Positions 47,779 to 58,421 of a stretch of 64,000 nt of DNA are shown one piece after another. The notes beneath the pieces were generated by a model that ran no database searches, was not told where the DNA came from, and saw only the letters and a list, made by a program, of their open reading frames with translations. How positions within the stretch are numbered: the stretch's first letter is position 1; each line of letters starts with the position of its first letter. The stretch is from assembly GCA_963669175.1 (NCBI GenBank), contig OY769902.1, positions 2,464,001-2,528,000 of the forward strand, in the 5' to 3' direction. This stretch comes from a bacterium. Lineage in GTDB: Bacteria > Electryoneota > Electryoneia > Electryoneales > Electryoneaceae. Both the position numbers and the translations under genes were made by a program.

Positions 47779-49827
47779 ATGGAGGGAATTTTGGAACGAT
47801 CTAAAAAGCTGTGGCGGTCATTACTGTTGCTGGTGCTGCCGCTACTTCCCATCATTGCCCTGGCGCAAAACCTGCCTCCGGGCGAAACCCCACCGCTGAC
47901 TGCAATTGACCTGATTGAACAGGCAGGTTGTGCGGATGATTACGATGCGGATTACCTGATTGTAAAGGATGAAGCGATCAACCGGATGAAGGACACCGGT
48001 GTTACCTATGTTGACAGCTATATCCTTTATAAGGTATTAACACCGGAAGGCGCAAAGAATCTTTCCGTGCTGCGCTGGAATTACGATCCGCAATCCAGCT
48101 TTGTCCGGGTTGAGGAAGTGAACATCATCCGTAATGGCGAGAAGATTCCGGTTGATATCACTACCGTACATGACCTCCCTGCGCCACAACGCTCCATTTA
48201 CTGGTCGGACCGGATGCAGGCGCTGCAATTGCCGAGGTTGTACCCTGGCGACGGCATTGAGATCAAGGTCTTCAAGAAGGGGTATACGTACGCGTTGCTC
48301 GATAACAGCGCTCCAAGCGATGACAAGTACATCCCGCCAATGCGTGGCGAATACTTCGATATCGTGCTGTTCGAGGCAGATGTGCCGACCCTGGAAAAGA
48401 AGTACATGCTGGTGATGCCACGTAAGCGTGAAGGCAATGGCGAAGACCGCAGGCTACAGGCTGAAGTATACAACGGCACTGTCTACAGCAGTGTTCGTTA
48501 CACCGCTGACAGCACGTACTATGCATGGTGGGATTTTGATATTGCTCCCACGGTACATGAACCTCGCCAGCCTGATCAAGCGGATTACGGCACCAAGGTT
48601 GTCATGTCCACAGCCGAAAGCTGGGAAGCGAAAAGCCGCTGGTTCTTCGGCGTAAACCAGAACCAGTTCGACCCGGATCAAGCGATTATCGACAAGGTAA
48701 ATGAGATCTTCGCCGAAGCCGGGATTAGCAACGGCACAGAAGAACAGAAAGCATTTGCGCTGGTTCACTGGGTAGCGCAGAACATCCGCTACAGTGGGCA
48801 GACCATGGGCGCCGGTGAAGGTTTCACCCTTCATGCCGGGACAATGGTGTTTGAACAACGTCATGGTGTCTGCAAGGATATCGCATCCATGCTGATTACG
48901 ATGATGCGCGCTGCCAACATGGACAGCTACGCAGCCATGACCATGGCCGGAAGCCGTATCGAAGACCTCCCGGCCGACCAGTTCAACCACAGTGTCTGCG
49001 CCTTGCGAAAGGCAGATGGCAGTGGATTTGAGATGTACGATCCTACCTGGGTGCCTTACAACCATAATATCTGGTCACGTCTTGAGACCGAACAGAACTA
49101 CCTGATCGGCACGCCTGAAGGCGAGGACATGGACACCATCGCCTACAGTCCGCCGAACGAATCGCCGCTGCATGTCAAGCACACGGCGAAAATCCTTGAA
49201 GATGGCACCCTGGAAGGTTCTTTCCGCTTTGATGGGGAAGGGGCGCTGGATTCACGTCTGCACCGTCTTGTGAACCGTAAGCTTACTTCACTTCAGGATT
49301 ATCTGGGCAGTATACTTGCACCTATCAGTGACAAGATCGAAAATGTTTCCTGGAAGTATCACGGCTTGGAAGACTTCAGCCGTGGCATGTGGGTGGAGAT
49401 GAGCTACCGTGTGCCTCAGTTTGCGCTTCCGATTGAAGACGGTTTTGAGTTCAAGAGTCCGATGATGCAGGTTATCCCCGGTCATACCTATTTGTTCCGT
49501 GCGGCTGAAACGCATTGGGATGAAGAACGTACCACCGATGTATTCCTTTATTATACCCAGTATGTTGACGCGGAAGAAAACATCTCGCTGCCAAAGGGGT
49601 ACAGCCTGGCCGATACACCGATGGCGGAAGAGCTGGATGAGACCTTCGCGTCCTTCAAGGGATGGAGTGAAACCAGCCGTAAAAAAGGTATGACCGTGCA
49701 TATGCAGGCCAAGGTCAAACGACGTCAGATCCCACCGGATCAATTCCCCGGATTCTACAAGGTGATGGAGGCTATTGGAGACTGGTCCGATCAAGTATAC
49801 CGCATTGAGAAAGGAGGTGCGCGATGA
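47779..49827 (+). CDS. Secreted DUF3857 + transglutaminase-like domain protein
   Basis: Signal peptide; WVAQNIRY; putative triad GVCKD / FNHSV / YDPT. Confidence 0.85.
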   Translation: MEGILERSKKLWRSLLLLVLPLLPIIALAQNLPPGETPPLTAIDLIEQAGCADDYDADYLIVKDEAINRMKDTGVTYVDSYILYKVLTPEGAKNLSVLRWNYDPQSSFVRVEEVNIIRNGEKIPVDITTVHDLPAPQRSIYWSDRMQALQLPRLYPGDGIEIKVFKKGYTYALLDNSAPSDDKYIPPMRGEYFDIVLFEADVPTLEKKYMLVMPRKREGNGEDRRLQAEVYNGTVYSSVRYTADSTYYAWWDFDIAPTVHEPRQPDQADYGTKVVMSTAESWEAKSRWFFGVNQNQFDPDQAIIDKVNEIFAEAGISNGTEEQKAFALVHWVAQNIRYSGQTMGAGEGFTLHAGTMVFEQRHGVCKDIASMLITMMRAANMDSYAAMTMAGSRIEDLPADQFNHSVCALRKADGSGFEMYDPTWVPYNHNIWSRLETEQNYLIGTPEGEDMDTIAYSPPNESPLHVKHTAKILEDGTLEGSFRFDGEGALDSRLHRLVNRKLTSLQDYLGSILAPISDKIENVSWKYHGLEDFSRGMWVEMSYRVPQFALPIEDGFEFKSPMMQVIPGHTYLFRAAETHWDEERTTDVFLYYTQYVDAEENISLPKGYSLADTPMAEELDETFASFKGWSETSRKKGMTVHMQAKVKRRQIPPDQFPGFYKVMEAIGDWSDQVYRIEKGGAR

Positions 49828-51782
49828 GAAAACTTTCAACGCTTCTGTTCGCCGCAGTCCTGACACTCATGTGCGGTAACCTGGTACTGGCGCAGCCGGT
49901 ATCCTACGATGAGGCTTACGATATCGGCGAGCTGATGATAGTCGCCGAGAATACCTTCAAGTTTAACCCGGATCAACGTCATGCCGACCAGGACGCGGTC
50001 ATCCTGCTTGACAAGCAGTCCGTGGAATGGCTCGAAGATGGACGTTGCCGGACAACCATACACCAGATTGTCTGGATCAGTTCCGAGTACGCGATTGACG
50101 AATATGCTGATCTTCGTATTCCTTACGATGACTCACGCACAACCTTCGAAACCCTGTCGCTGCGTACCTGGCGTGAAAACAAGTGGTGGGAAGATCCCGG
50201 CACCAACACCGGTGGCGACACCATTCGCTATACCAGCCGTGTGGAAACCCTGCCGTTTGCGGTGGCGGAAGCTTACGACTACCAGGATATGCGTGAAATC
50301 ATGCTGCTGCACGACGGGATTGAGCTTCCCTGCATCATGGAAACAGCGTATGTCATCGAAGACAAGGAGCCTTTCCGTGGTGGCGCTGACGGGCTTCGTT
50401 TCTTAACGGCTAGCGATCCGGTGGTAAAGAGTGTATTCAGCTTCTCCGCACCACGCAGCACCAAGGCAAGGTTCGAGACATCTGATGATGTTGCCGATGC
50501 CGAAGAAGGCGTATCCGGAAATATCAAGACCTGGACCTGGACCCATGGGCCGGTAGCGGAAGGTCGCATGCCGAATATCGCGGATATGGCAACCTGCACA
50601 CCGTACGTTGCCTGGTCAACCTGGAGTTCCTGGCAGGCCTTCGGCGATCACCTGAACAAGGTGTGGACTGGCGCCATGACACTGGAACAGGATGTGAAGG
50701 ACAGTGTCGCCAACCTGGTAAAATATGCCTCCAACGATATCGCCAAAGCCAAAGCGATTGCAGCCTTCGTTGACCGGAACACTCGTCCGGTAACCTACGA
50801 CTGGCAGTTCTGGATGGAAAACCCACGCAGCGCGCAGCAAACGTGGGAAACCGCATACGGGCATGCGCTGGATCGTACCGTTCTGGCCGGGGCTTTGTTC
50901 ACAGAAGCCGGTCTTGAGGTTTTCCCGATGTTCCGCAGCAATACCTACACGGACGTAAACGGTGAAGCGCCGACAGTGGCACGTATGGATGCACCGGGCG
51001 TATGGGTAAGCGGCAAAGGCCTGGAAGCTTACTTCGACGCGGAACGCTGCAAACTGTCTAACGGTCTTTCACCGATATTCGGCCGTAGTGTCTGGCTGCC
51101 CAGCCGAGATGCGACACCGGTAGTCCGCTGGTCCGGCCAGGGTGAAGAAAACTCGCTGACAGTCACGCTGCCGCTTTCCTTCTGCCATGATTCCGATAAA
51201 TGGTATGGCGCCGGGTATTATGCCGCTGCTGGCGGGATGTGCGCCTATGATGCCATGGAAGGCTTCAAGGGCGAAGCTGAAAAGTATGTCGGCAAGGTCG
51301 TCGGCGGGGTTCTTTCCGGCAGTGACGTGGAGAACTTCAGCCCGTTGACATTTGACCGTTTCTCGGTAGAAGCCGGTTTCAAATTCAGCGCTTCTGTTGA
51401 AGATGCGGACGAGTTCGGACGTATTCCGGTGCATTTCGGTGAACCGAAGGGTGGCATTATTGACAGGCTTCCTTCAGACGTGCATCTTTACGATGAAAAA
51501 CGTGGTTCAACCGTATTCCTTCCGGGCGCCCTGACACAGACAGTACAGGTACGGCTGGAAGTTGGACATGGCGAAATCGTTTATAAGCCGGAAGATGTAA
51601 TTCTGGATAACCTGGCAGGTAAATTCACCATTAAATGTGAAATGGATGGTGATGTCCTTGTGATCACCAGGAAGCTGGAACTTCGCCAGAGTAACTATAT
51701 TGGTGAAGAATGGTCAGCATTACGGAACCTTCTGCTGGCGGAGACTGACCAGAGAAACAGCATGGTTCTGTTGAAATTCTAA
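49824..51782 (+). CDS. Secreted DUF3857 protein with a degenerate transglutaminase-like domain
   Basis: Signal peptide; ADQDAVIL; KAKAIAAFV; GHALDR where the partner has GVCKD; ATGA overlap with the upstream gene. Confidence 0.8.
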   Translation: MRKLSTLLFAAVLTLMCGNLVLAQPVSYDEAYDIGELMIVAENTFKFNPDQRHADQDAVILLDKQSVEWLEDGRCRTTIHQIVWISSEYAIDEYADLRIPYDDSRTTFETLSLRTWRENKWWEDPGTNTGGDTIRYTSRVETLPFAVAEAYDYQDMREIMLLHDGIELPCIMETAYVIEDKEPFRGGADGLRFLTASDPVVKSVFSFSAPRSTKARFETSDDVADAEEGVSGNIKTWTWTHGPVAEGRMPNIADMATCTPYVAWSTWSSWQAFGDHLNKVWTGAMTLEQDVKDSVANLVKYASNDIAKAKAIAAFVDRNTRPVTYDWQFWMENPRSAQQTWETAYGHALDRTVLAGALFTEAGLEVFPMFRSNTYTDVNGEAPTVARMDAPGVWVSGKGLEAYFDAERCKLSNGLSPIFGRSVWLPSRDATPVVRWSGQGEENSLTVTLPLSFCHDSDKWYGAGYYAAAGGMCAYDAMEGFKGEAEKYVGKVVGGVLSGSDVENFSPLTFDRFSVEAGFKFSASVEDADEFGRIPVHFGEPKGGIIDRLPSDVHLYDEKRGSTVFLPGALTQTVQVRLEVGHGEIVYKPEDVILDNLAGKFTIKCEMDGDVLVITRKLELRQSNYIGEEWSALRNLLLAETDQRNSMVLLKF

Positions 51783-51801
51783 GTTTAACTCAAACTAATC
51801 T

Positions 51802-51849
51802 GCGGTCACATTCACGAGAGATGTTCTCTCACGGATGTGGCCGCTTTTT
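51802..51849 (+). terminator. Terminator after the DUF3857 pair
   Basis: GCGGTCACAT...ATGTGGCCGC stem followed by TTTTT. Confidence 0.7.
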
Positions 51850-51915
51850 ATTTCTATACCTTGTTTGTGAATCCCTTTTGAAATATTTTGAAATGGGGGA
51901 AAACAGGAGTTATAG

Positions 51916-52551
51916 ATGATTCATGTACTTGTCGCAGATGACATGCTGGTCGTTCGCGAAGGATTGAAGACAATACTCAACAGAACGGGAGATATTCGAG
52001 TAGCAGGGACCAGCCGTACTTGCAAGGAAACCCTGGAAAAACTCAAAAGGGAATCCTTTGATATCTTGATTCTGGACCTTATCATGCCGGACAGGAGTGG
52101 GTTGGGACTGCTGATTGATATCAAACAGGCGGGCATTACTCTGCCTATTCTGGTCTATACCGGAAAAGAAGAATTCCAGTTTGGTATCGCTTGTTTTCAG
52201 GCTGGCGCCAAAGGGTATTTGACAAAAGAGGACGGCGATCTGACCAAGTTGCCCGATGCTATTCGTAACCTGCATACCGGAGGAACCTGGTGGAGTTCTG
52301 AACTCACTCATCGAATTCGATTAATGATCGAGAATCCTGATCTGCTGTCACCACATGAAAAACTGTCAGCAAGGGAATTCGAGGTTTTCTACATGATTGC
52401 AAGCGGCAAGGAAGTTAAAGAAATTGCTAACGCGCTTGATATTAAAAATGGTACTGTGCGAACGTATCGCGCGAGGATTGCCGAGAAAACAGGCCTGGAT
52501 TCTGACTACAAGATCATTCAATACTGCTTCCGAAGAGGCATCGTTGAATAG
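51916..52551 (+). CDS. NarL/FixJ-family response regulator
   Basis: VADD..ILDLIMPD..GYLTK receiver and a LuxR HTH (LSAREFEV..KEIANAL..TVRTYR). Confidence 0.94.
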   Translation: MIHVLVADDMLVVREGLKTILNRTGDIRVAGTSRTCKETLEKLKRESFDILILDLIMPDRSGLGLLIDIKQAGITLPILVYTGKEEFQFGIACFQAGAKGYLTKEDGDLTKLPDAIRNLHTGGTWWSSELTHRIRLMIENPDLLSPHEKLSAREFEVFYMIASGKEVKEIANALDIKNGTVRTYRARIAEKTGLDSDYKIIQYCFRRGIVE

Positions 52552-52595
52552 CTATATAAGCAACGCCACCGGATCCGGTGGCGTTGCTTATATAG
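52552..52595. terminator. Perfect 44-bp palindrome between convergent genes (likely bidirectional terminator)
   Basis: CTATATAAGCAACGCCACCGGA|TCCGGTGGCGTTGCTTATATAG. Confidence 0.75.
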
Positions 52596-52629
52596 ATAAA
52601 AGGTATTGAATCGGAGTCTTGCACTTCGG

Positions 52630-54321
52630 CTAAAAATGCGCTTTCCGGAAAGGTTTCTGTTCCATACTGAAATACTCTTCTTTCCATTTCTGAACCTTCT
52701 TGGCCAGGAAGAGCAGGGCGATCAGGTTTGGGATAGCCATGAAGGAAAGGGCAACATCCCCGAATCCCCACGCCGCTTCCAATTTCAGATTAGCGCCGAT
52801 AAACAGTACAACGACAAACACCAGCCGGTATACAATCAGGCCTTTTTCACCGAACAGGTATATGGTTGCGCGGTCCCCGTAATAACTCCAGGAAATCGCT
52901 GTAGAAACGGCGAACAGGAAAACCCCAAACGTGATGATGTACCCGCCCCATTTTCCCGGCAATGCAGTTTCAAATGCCATTGAGGTCAACAACGATCCGT
53001 TTAAGAGGGTGTTGCCTGTTACTCTGACATCTTCATCATGCCCGCTGGGAGTATATAATACCAGCCTTTGTTCTTTCGATGCTTCATCTTCCTTGAAAAC
53101 CAATTCACCTTCAGCAACAGGATGCCAGTCACCGTTTTCATCGCAGGTTTCGAAGACATGCCCCATCAGGAAACCCTGTCCATGAAGGATGTCGTGATTA
53201 ACCAGCTTTCCGTCATGGATCGAGATGTTATCCTGCGCAATTGCTTCCGTGGTGACCTGGATACCATCCATGCTGGGAGTGGGTTGGGTATTTCTCTGGA
53301 TGATCTGGATGTCACCCAGCTCCAGCTCTGTGGGGAAATGCTTTGTATACACACCCGAAGTAATGATGGTCAAACCGGTCAGGGTACAAATGACAAGTGT
53401 GTCGATGAACGGCCCGATCATGGCGACGGTACCTTCACGAACGGACTTGTCTGTCTTGGCTGCAGCATGGGCGATAGGGGCGCTGCCTTGCCCCGATTCG
53501 TTGGAGAAAAGGCCACGTTTCACGCCCCACAACAGGGCCATCATGAATGTGGAACCCAGGAAACCACCGGTTCCGGCCTGAGGAGTGAAAGCGGATTTTA
53601 CGATCACTGCAAATGCGGAGGGAATCGCAGCATAATTCGTGATCAAAACATAAAGGGAAGCGAGGATGTATACGGCCGCCATGAAGGGCACCAGCCGACT
53701 GGCTACAAGGCCGATACGTTTGATCCCACCAAGGATGACCATGCCGACCAGGAGAGCCAGGATAATCCCTGTGGCCACTTTCGGGATGCCGAAATCATGC
53801 AGGAATGAATCGCTGACTGTGAAAGCCTGCACTGTATTTCCGGAACCAAATGAACTGATAATGGTACAGAACGCAAAGAGAATAGCCAACGGCTTCCAGT
53901 TTTCACCCAGTCCACGCTGGATGTAATACATCGGGCCGCCGGAAGAACTGCCATCCTTATGAATAGTGCGATATTTGATGGCGAGGGTGGCCTCAGTGAA
54001 TTTTGTGGCCATACCCAGGAAAGCTGTTACCCACATCCAGAACAGGGCGCCCGGACCACCGAAGTAGATTGCCGTGGCGACACCGGCAATGTTCCCGATA
54101 CCGATTGTAGCGGACAAGGCAGCCGAAAGAGCCTGAAGGTGGTTGATATCGCCTTCATCATCCGGATTGTCATAGATCCCTGCAATAACTCGCCAGGAAT
54201 GCCCAAAATGAAGCATCTGAACCAGTTTCAGGCGAATCGTGAGGTAAATACCGGTTCCGATCAACGGGAGGATGATGACCATCCCCATAATACTCGAAGC
54301 TTTGTCGATGAGTGCTTGCAT
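52630..54321 (-). CDS. Sodium:alanine/glycine symporter (AlsT/AGCS family)
   Basis: ATIGIGNIAGVA..GGPGALFWMW, GGPMYY, RGLFSNESGQGSAPIAHA, FIDTLVIC and SWSYYG. Confidence 0.94.
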   Translation of the reverse strand: MQALIDKASSIMGMVIILPLIGTGIYLTIRLKLVQMLHFGHSWRVIAGIYDNPDDEGDINHLQALSAALSATIGIGNIAGVATAIYFGGPGALFWMWVTAFLGMATKFTEATLAIKYRTIHKDGSSSGGPMYYIQRGLGENWKPLAILFAFCTIISSFGSGNTVQAFTVSDSFLHDFGIPKVATGIILALLVGMVILGGIKRIGLVASRLVPFMAAVYILASLYVLITNYAAIPSAFAVIVKSAFTPQAGTGGFLGSTFMMALLWGVKRGLFSNESGQGSAPIAHAAAKTDKSVREGTVAMIGPFIDTLVICTLTGLTIITSGVYTKHFPTELELGDIQIIQRNTQPTPSMDGIQVTTEAIAQDNISIHDGKLVNHDILHGQGFLMGHVFETCDENGDWHPVAEGELVFKEDEASKEQRLVLYTPSGHDEDVRVTGNTLLNGSLLTSMAFETALPGKWGGYIITFGVFLFAVSTAISWSYYGDRATIYLFGEKGLIVYRLVFVVVLFIGANLKLEAAWGFGDVALSFMAIPNLIALLFLAKKVQKWKEEYFSMEQKPFRKAHF

Positions 54322-54555
54322 GACATCTCTTCTGTATGGTTCAATGTCTTAATGTGTTTTCAAAAAGCAATTGGAGATATACGAGTTGATTGAGCTGAAA
54401 GGTTTAAGAAGAAAATGAATAATCGAGTGTTAACAAGAGCTTCTATCTCGTCTTATGGCAAATTGGAGTGTGTGAAGTTGCTAACTTCTCCGTATAGCTC
54501 CTGTTGAGAGAATTGCTTCATCTATTGAGTGAGCCCTTTGAGCTAACTGCTCTTA

Positions 54556-55968
54556 CTATAACCATTTCGTGAGAAGGATGGTCAGGGTGGCAATCGGGGC
54601 TACAATCCGTACCATCCAGATCCAAATCGAGAACAGGCTGAGTTTTTCGTTGCCGTCCTTAATTTCTGCTTTAACCTTCTTCGCTCCCCAAGCCCATCCG
54701 ACAAACAGCGCGATCATGATTCCACCAACAGGAAGCAGCACATTGGCGCTGAGGAAATCGGCAAAGTCAAAGAAGTTCAGACCGAACAGTTTTTTATCAC
54801 CCCACGCTCCAAAACTCATGGCTGAGGGAATGCCCAACAGGAATGCTACAATGGCCATGATGATGGTGGAGCGTTTACGGTTCCAGTGCCATTCATCCGT
54901 GGCAAAACTAACCAGCACTTCCAACAGGCTGATGGCAGATGTTACAGCGGCAATGGTCAACAACAGGAAGAAAAGTGTTGCGAGGAATGAACCGAAAGGC
55001 AACTCACCAAATACTGCCGGCAACACGATATAGGTCAATCCCGGCCCGCTTGACGGGGCAAGCCCGACAGAAAACAGGGCGGGGAAGATGGCAATGCCGG
55101 CCATGACGGCGATAGATGCATCCAGTCCCGCTACCCATCCGGCGCTGATAAAAATGTCTGTGTTCCGGTCCAGGTAGGAACCATAGGTGATCATTACGCC
55201 CATGCCAAGGCTGAGACTGTAAAAGGCCTGTCCCATAGCCAGCAGGATCACTTCAAACGTAAGCTTTGAAAAATCAGGTTTGAACAGGAATGCCAACCCC
55301 TCAGCGCTACCCGGGAGGGTCACAGAACGGAAAATCAACAGAACAAGTAATCCCAGCAGGGTTGGCATCAGGATCTTGGAATACCTTTCAATGCCCTTTT
55401 CAACGCCCTGACCAACCACCAACAGGCACAAAAGCATGAATATGAGATGAAATAACACCACCAGGCCTGAGTTGCTGACAAAGCCGGTGAACAGGGAACC
55501 TGTCATATGCTGACCGAACTGAATATGTATTCCCTGCGAAACAAGTGTCACGGCTGAAATGATGTCACCGGCAATGGTGGGGAGCAGGATTTCGCCCGTT
55601 GCGGACTGCTTGAGATAGAACAGCGTCCACCCGGCAAGCACTGAGTAGTAAGACAGGATAATAAAACCGGTTAGAATGCCGATCGCGCCGACAATCCACC
55701 AGGCGCTTTTTGGCATCAGGGCCTTGAACGCTCCTACCGGATTACGCTTGCTGGCGCGCCCCAAAGCGATTTCTGCCCCCATGATGGGCAATCCGACAAC
55801 AACAACGCAGGCAAGGTAGGCAATGAGAAAGGCGAAACCACCGTTTTCGCCGACTACATAAGGAAATCGCCAGATGTTACCTAAACCGATGGCGCTCCCC
55901 GCAGCCGCCAGAACGAAACCGAATTTACTGCCCCAGGTCTCACGACTCGAGTCACCGGATTGCATCAT
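54556..55968 (-). CDS. Sodium-dependent transporter, neurotransmitter:sodium symporter (NSS) family
   Basis: RETWGSKFGFVLAAAGSAIGLGNIWRFPY, GQAFYSLSLG..ITYGSY and AAVTSAISLLE. Confidence 0.95.
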   Translation of the reverse strand: MMQSGDSSRETWGSKFGFVLAAAGSAIGLGNIWRFPYVVGENGGFAFLIAYLACVVVVGLPIMGAEIALGRASKRNPVGAFKALMPKSAWWIVGAIGILTGFIILSYYSVLAGWTLFYLKQSATGEILLPTIAGDIISAVTLVSQGIHIQFGQHMTGSLFTGFVSNSGLVVLFHLIFMLLCLLVVGQGVEKGIERYSKILMPTLLGLLVLLIFRSVTLPGSAEGLAFLFKPDFSKLTFEVILLAMGQAFYSLSLGMGVMITYGSYLDRNTDIFISAGWVAGLDASIAVMAGIAIFPALFSVGLAPSSGPGLTYIVLPAVFGELPFGSFLATLFFLLLTIAAVTSAISLLEVLVSFATDEWHWNRKRSTIIMAIVAFLLGIPSAMSFGAWGDKKLFGLNFFDFADFLSANVLLPVGGIMIALFVGWAWGAKKVKAEIKDGNEKLSLFSIWIWMVRIVAPIATLTILLTKWL

Positions 55969-56350
55969 ACGAAGCTTTCCTCCCTGGAAAGATGAGTGAA
56001 GCGTTACGGTAAAGGTCAAAAGTAGTCCGATAATGCTTTTCACGCAACCGGAAAGGCTCACTTGAGAAAAATCAAGACGTAAGCGGGTTCTTTGCTGAGA
56101 ATGTGTGTTCGCTGGTGGAACGAAAGGGAATGATGCAAAAAACCATTCAAGTGAAATGCGAGATAAAAAGCGCAACCCCGAGAAATCGCTCCATTTCCAA
56201 CCACCGTCTCTCCAGTCTCGCACAGAGAGACGTGATGATGAAAAATAGCCACAGAATAGCCTTTGCAAGCTATTGATTTTCTTTAAGGTGCAAACCTGTC
56301 TAAGTCTTTACTGAACAAATGTTTAATTTCATATATAAGGGTATTAGTAT

Positions 56351-56419
56351 TTGACAAACTGGGGTGAGAAGGTTACATTGTGGGCGAAAAGGGAGCGAAG
56401 TGGGGCAAAGTGGAGCGAA
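56351..56419 (+). promoter_or_regulatory. dcw (mraZ) promoter with MraZ-binding direct repeats
   Basis: TTGACA(56351)-17 bp-TACATT, followed by GTGGG/AGGGA/GTGGG/GTGGA at a 10-bp period (56380, 56390, 56400, 56410), as in known MraZ boxes. Confidence 0.8.
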
Positions 56420-56545
56420 CTTCGGAATGAGTGATCGAGGTGGAAGAAGACAGGTCGCCGGATTGGACAGGGCGATACTTTTCACGCTTCGCATGCTTCC
56501 ATCGACTCGCACGGGGAGTGCAATCGTGTTCACGATGGCGGGATT

Positions 56546-57025
56546 GTGAGTTACTTCTACGAAACCCATCAAAACACCCTTGACGATAAAGGCCGTCTGG
56601 TAATCCCGGCGGCATTCAGGCGTGATGCGCCCCCGGAGATCCTCGCGGCAGACATGATGGTCACCCCGCACAAGGAGGGGTACCTGGAAGTCCGCCCTGA
56701 TGAAGAATGGCAAAAATACATCGAGTTTGTCAAGCAACAACCTGTGAGTGCGAAAGTCAAGCGGGAATACCTGCGAGCTCTTTACAGCACTTCACAGCGT
56801 GTTCGTATAGACCGTCAGAATCGCCTCATGCTTTCGCCCCGTTTGCGCAAGGTGGTAACCGGCACAGAAGATCCGGGCAAAGCAGAGGTCATCCTGCTGG
56901 GCGCCGGAACCTATTTCGAGATTCGTCCGACTGATTCCTTTGAGGGCGAAGATGCGATGATCGAGAAGGTTACGGACTTGCGGGATCAGGTCGAGGAAGC
57001 GATCGGGGAAGGGTTTTTCGGATGA
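56546..57025 (+). CDS. mraZ: Division/cell wall cluster transcriptional repressor MraZ
   Basis: LDDKGRLVIPAAFR and IDRQNRL repeats; first gene of the dcw cluster. Confidence 0.92.
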   Translation: MSYFYETHQNTLDDKGRLVIPAAFRRDAPPEILAADMMVTPHKEGYLEVRPDEEWQKYIEFVKQQPVSAKVKREYLRALYSTSQRVRIDRQNRLMLSPRLRKVVTGTEDPGKAEVILLGAGTYFEIRPTDSFEGEDAMIEKVTDLRDQVEEAIGEGFFG

Positions 57026-57954
57026 GCGGGGTGGGGTGGAGTCCCCACGACCCGGTGTTGTGCGAACCGGTGATGGATCTACTGGTTCATGACTTGTCCG
57101 GCTCCTACCTGGATGCCACCGCCGGCGGCGGTGGCCACACCCAAGCACTGCTGAGACGATTGAACGAAAACGGACGGGTTATCGCTCTCGATCGTGACAG
57201 TGACGCCATCAGGCAGTTGAAACAGCGGTTTGAGTCAGATTCTCGGGTTACGGTTGTTCATTCCCCATTTGGCGAGTTGGATCAGGTTGGTGAAATCTTT
57301 GACCATTTACCGCTCGCCGGGGTTTTGTTCGATTACGGGGTATCCAGTCACATGTTGGATGTCGGCGAAAGAGGATTCAGTCATCGCGAAGAGGGTCCGT
57401 TGGATATGCGGATGGACCGTCGTAGCGGACTGACTGCGGCCGATGTCGTGAACGAATATGACCTGCACCGGCTGGTGAAGATTCTTTCGCAATATGGCGA
57501 AGAGCCGAGGTCGAAAAAGGTTGCTCGCAGCCTGGTGGAAGCGAGGCCGGTTCATACAACGACAGAGCTGGCAAATGTGCTCCGTCAGGCGGTTCCACAG
57601 CGTGACGAGGCGAAAACAGTCGCCCGTGTATTTCAGGCTATTCGTATCGAAGTGAACGGCGAGCTGGATGAAATCAAGGACGCGCTTCCACTGGCCGAGC
57701 AACGACTGGCGATTGGTGGCCGGATTGTTTGCATGGCCTATCACAGCCTGGAAGACAGGATTGTAAAACGCTATTTCGCGCAGCAGTCTCGTGATTGTTT
57801 CTGCGATCCGCATCAGCCGTTTTGTACCTGTGGTGGGGAAAACGCAACCCTGAAGCCGATCACACGCAAGGCCATCCAGGCGGATGATGCCGAAATCGCA
57901 AAGAATGTCCGGGCTCGCAGTGTCCGGGTACGTGCAGCGGAGAGGATACGATGA
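57022..57954 (+). CDS. rsmH: 16S rRNA m4C1402 methyltransferase
   Basis: HDPVL, DATAGGGGH, GVSS..RGFS..PLDMRM, FQAIRIEVN.EL and YHSLEDRIVK. Confidence 0.96.
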   Translation: MSGVGWSPHDPVLCEPVMDLLVHDLSGSYLDATAGGGGHTQALLRRLNENGRVIALDRDSDAIRQLKQRFESDSRVTVVHSPFGELDQVGEIFDHLPLAGVLFDYGVSSHMLDVGERGFSHREEGPLDMRMDRRSGLTAADVVNEYDLHRLVKILSQYGEEPRSKKVARSLVEARPVHTTTELANVLRQAVPQRDEAKTVARVFQAIRIEVNGELDEIKDALPLAEQRLAIGGRIVCMAYHSLEDRIVKRYFAQQSRDCFCDPHQPFCTCGGENATLKPITRKAIQADDAEIAKNVRARSVRVRAAERIR

Positions 57955-58421
57955 ACAAGCCGTCGACCTCAAAGACCATTATCCGGGATTATTACCGTGC
58001 GGCTGACCGTAAGCCCAGTCAACGTGTGCCGGTAAAGAAGTCGTCCCGTGGGTTCATGCTGATGCTGCTGATTCTTGGTTTCGTTCTTTCTGTGGCAAGT
58101 GTGTATATCGGCGTTGCACGGGTTTCCTATGGACGGAACATTCATCGCTTGCGTTCGGAAGTAAGCGAGCTGCGCAATGAAGTGCGTGACCTTGAAACTC
58201 AAAAAGCGCGTTTGTCTTCGTACTCGAATATTCAGGAAATAGCGGAATCGATGGGGATGAATTTTCCCCGTCAGGCTCCGAGAACTCTCCGGGTGAAGGT
58301 GCCGGGACATGCGGTTCCGCCGACCTGGAGCCGTGAATCGCTGGAAGCCAAATACGCCTATCGCAGTACAATCGCACCACCTCAAAACCTGTTGGCCCGG
58401 AAGGAGAAGGAAACGCCATGA
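57951..58421 (+). CDS. ftsL: Cell division protein FtsL-like
   Basis: Single TM plus a coiled coil (..LSS..IQEIA..MGM..P); position between rsmH and ftsI. Confidence 0.75.
   Translation: MNKPSTSKTIIRDYYRAADRKPSQRVPVKKSSRGFMLMLLILGFVLSVASVYIGVARVSYGRNIHRLRSEVSELRNEVRDLETQKARLSSYSNIQEIAESMGMNFPRQAPRTLRVKVPGHAVPPTWSRESLEAKYAYRSTIAPPQNLLARKEKETP

Noticed and set aside
54322-54555. Glycine riboswitch upstream of the alanine/glycine symporter
   Set aside because: I could not find the conserved aptamer motifs by eye; an Infernal/Rfam scan would be decisive.
57796-57836. Cys-rich insert in RsmH (CFC..CTC)
   Set aside because: A common feature of many RsmH proteins; not novel.
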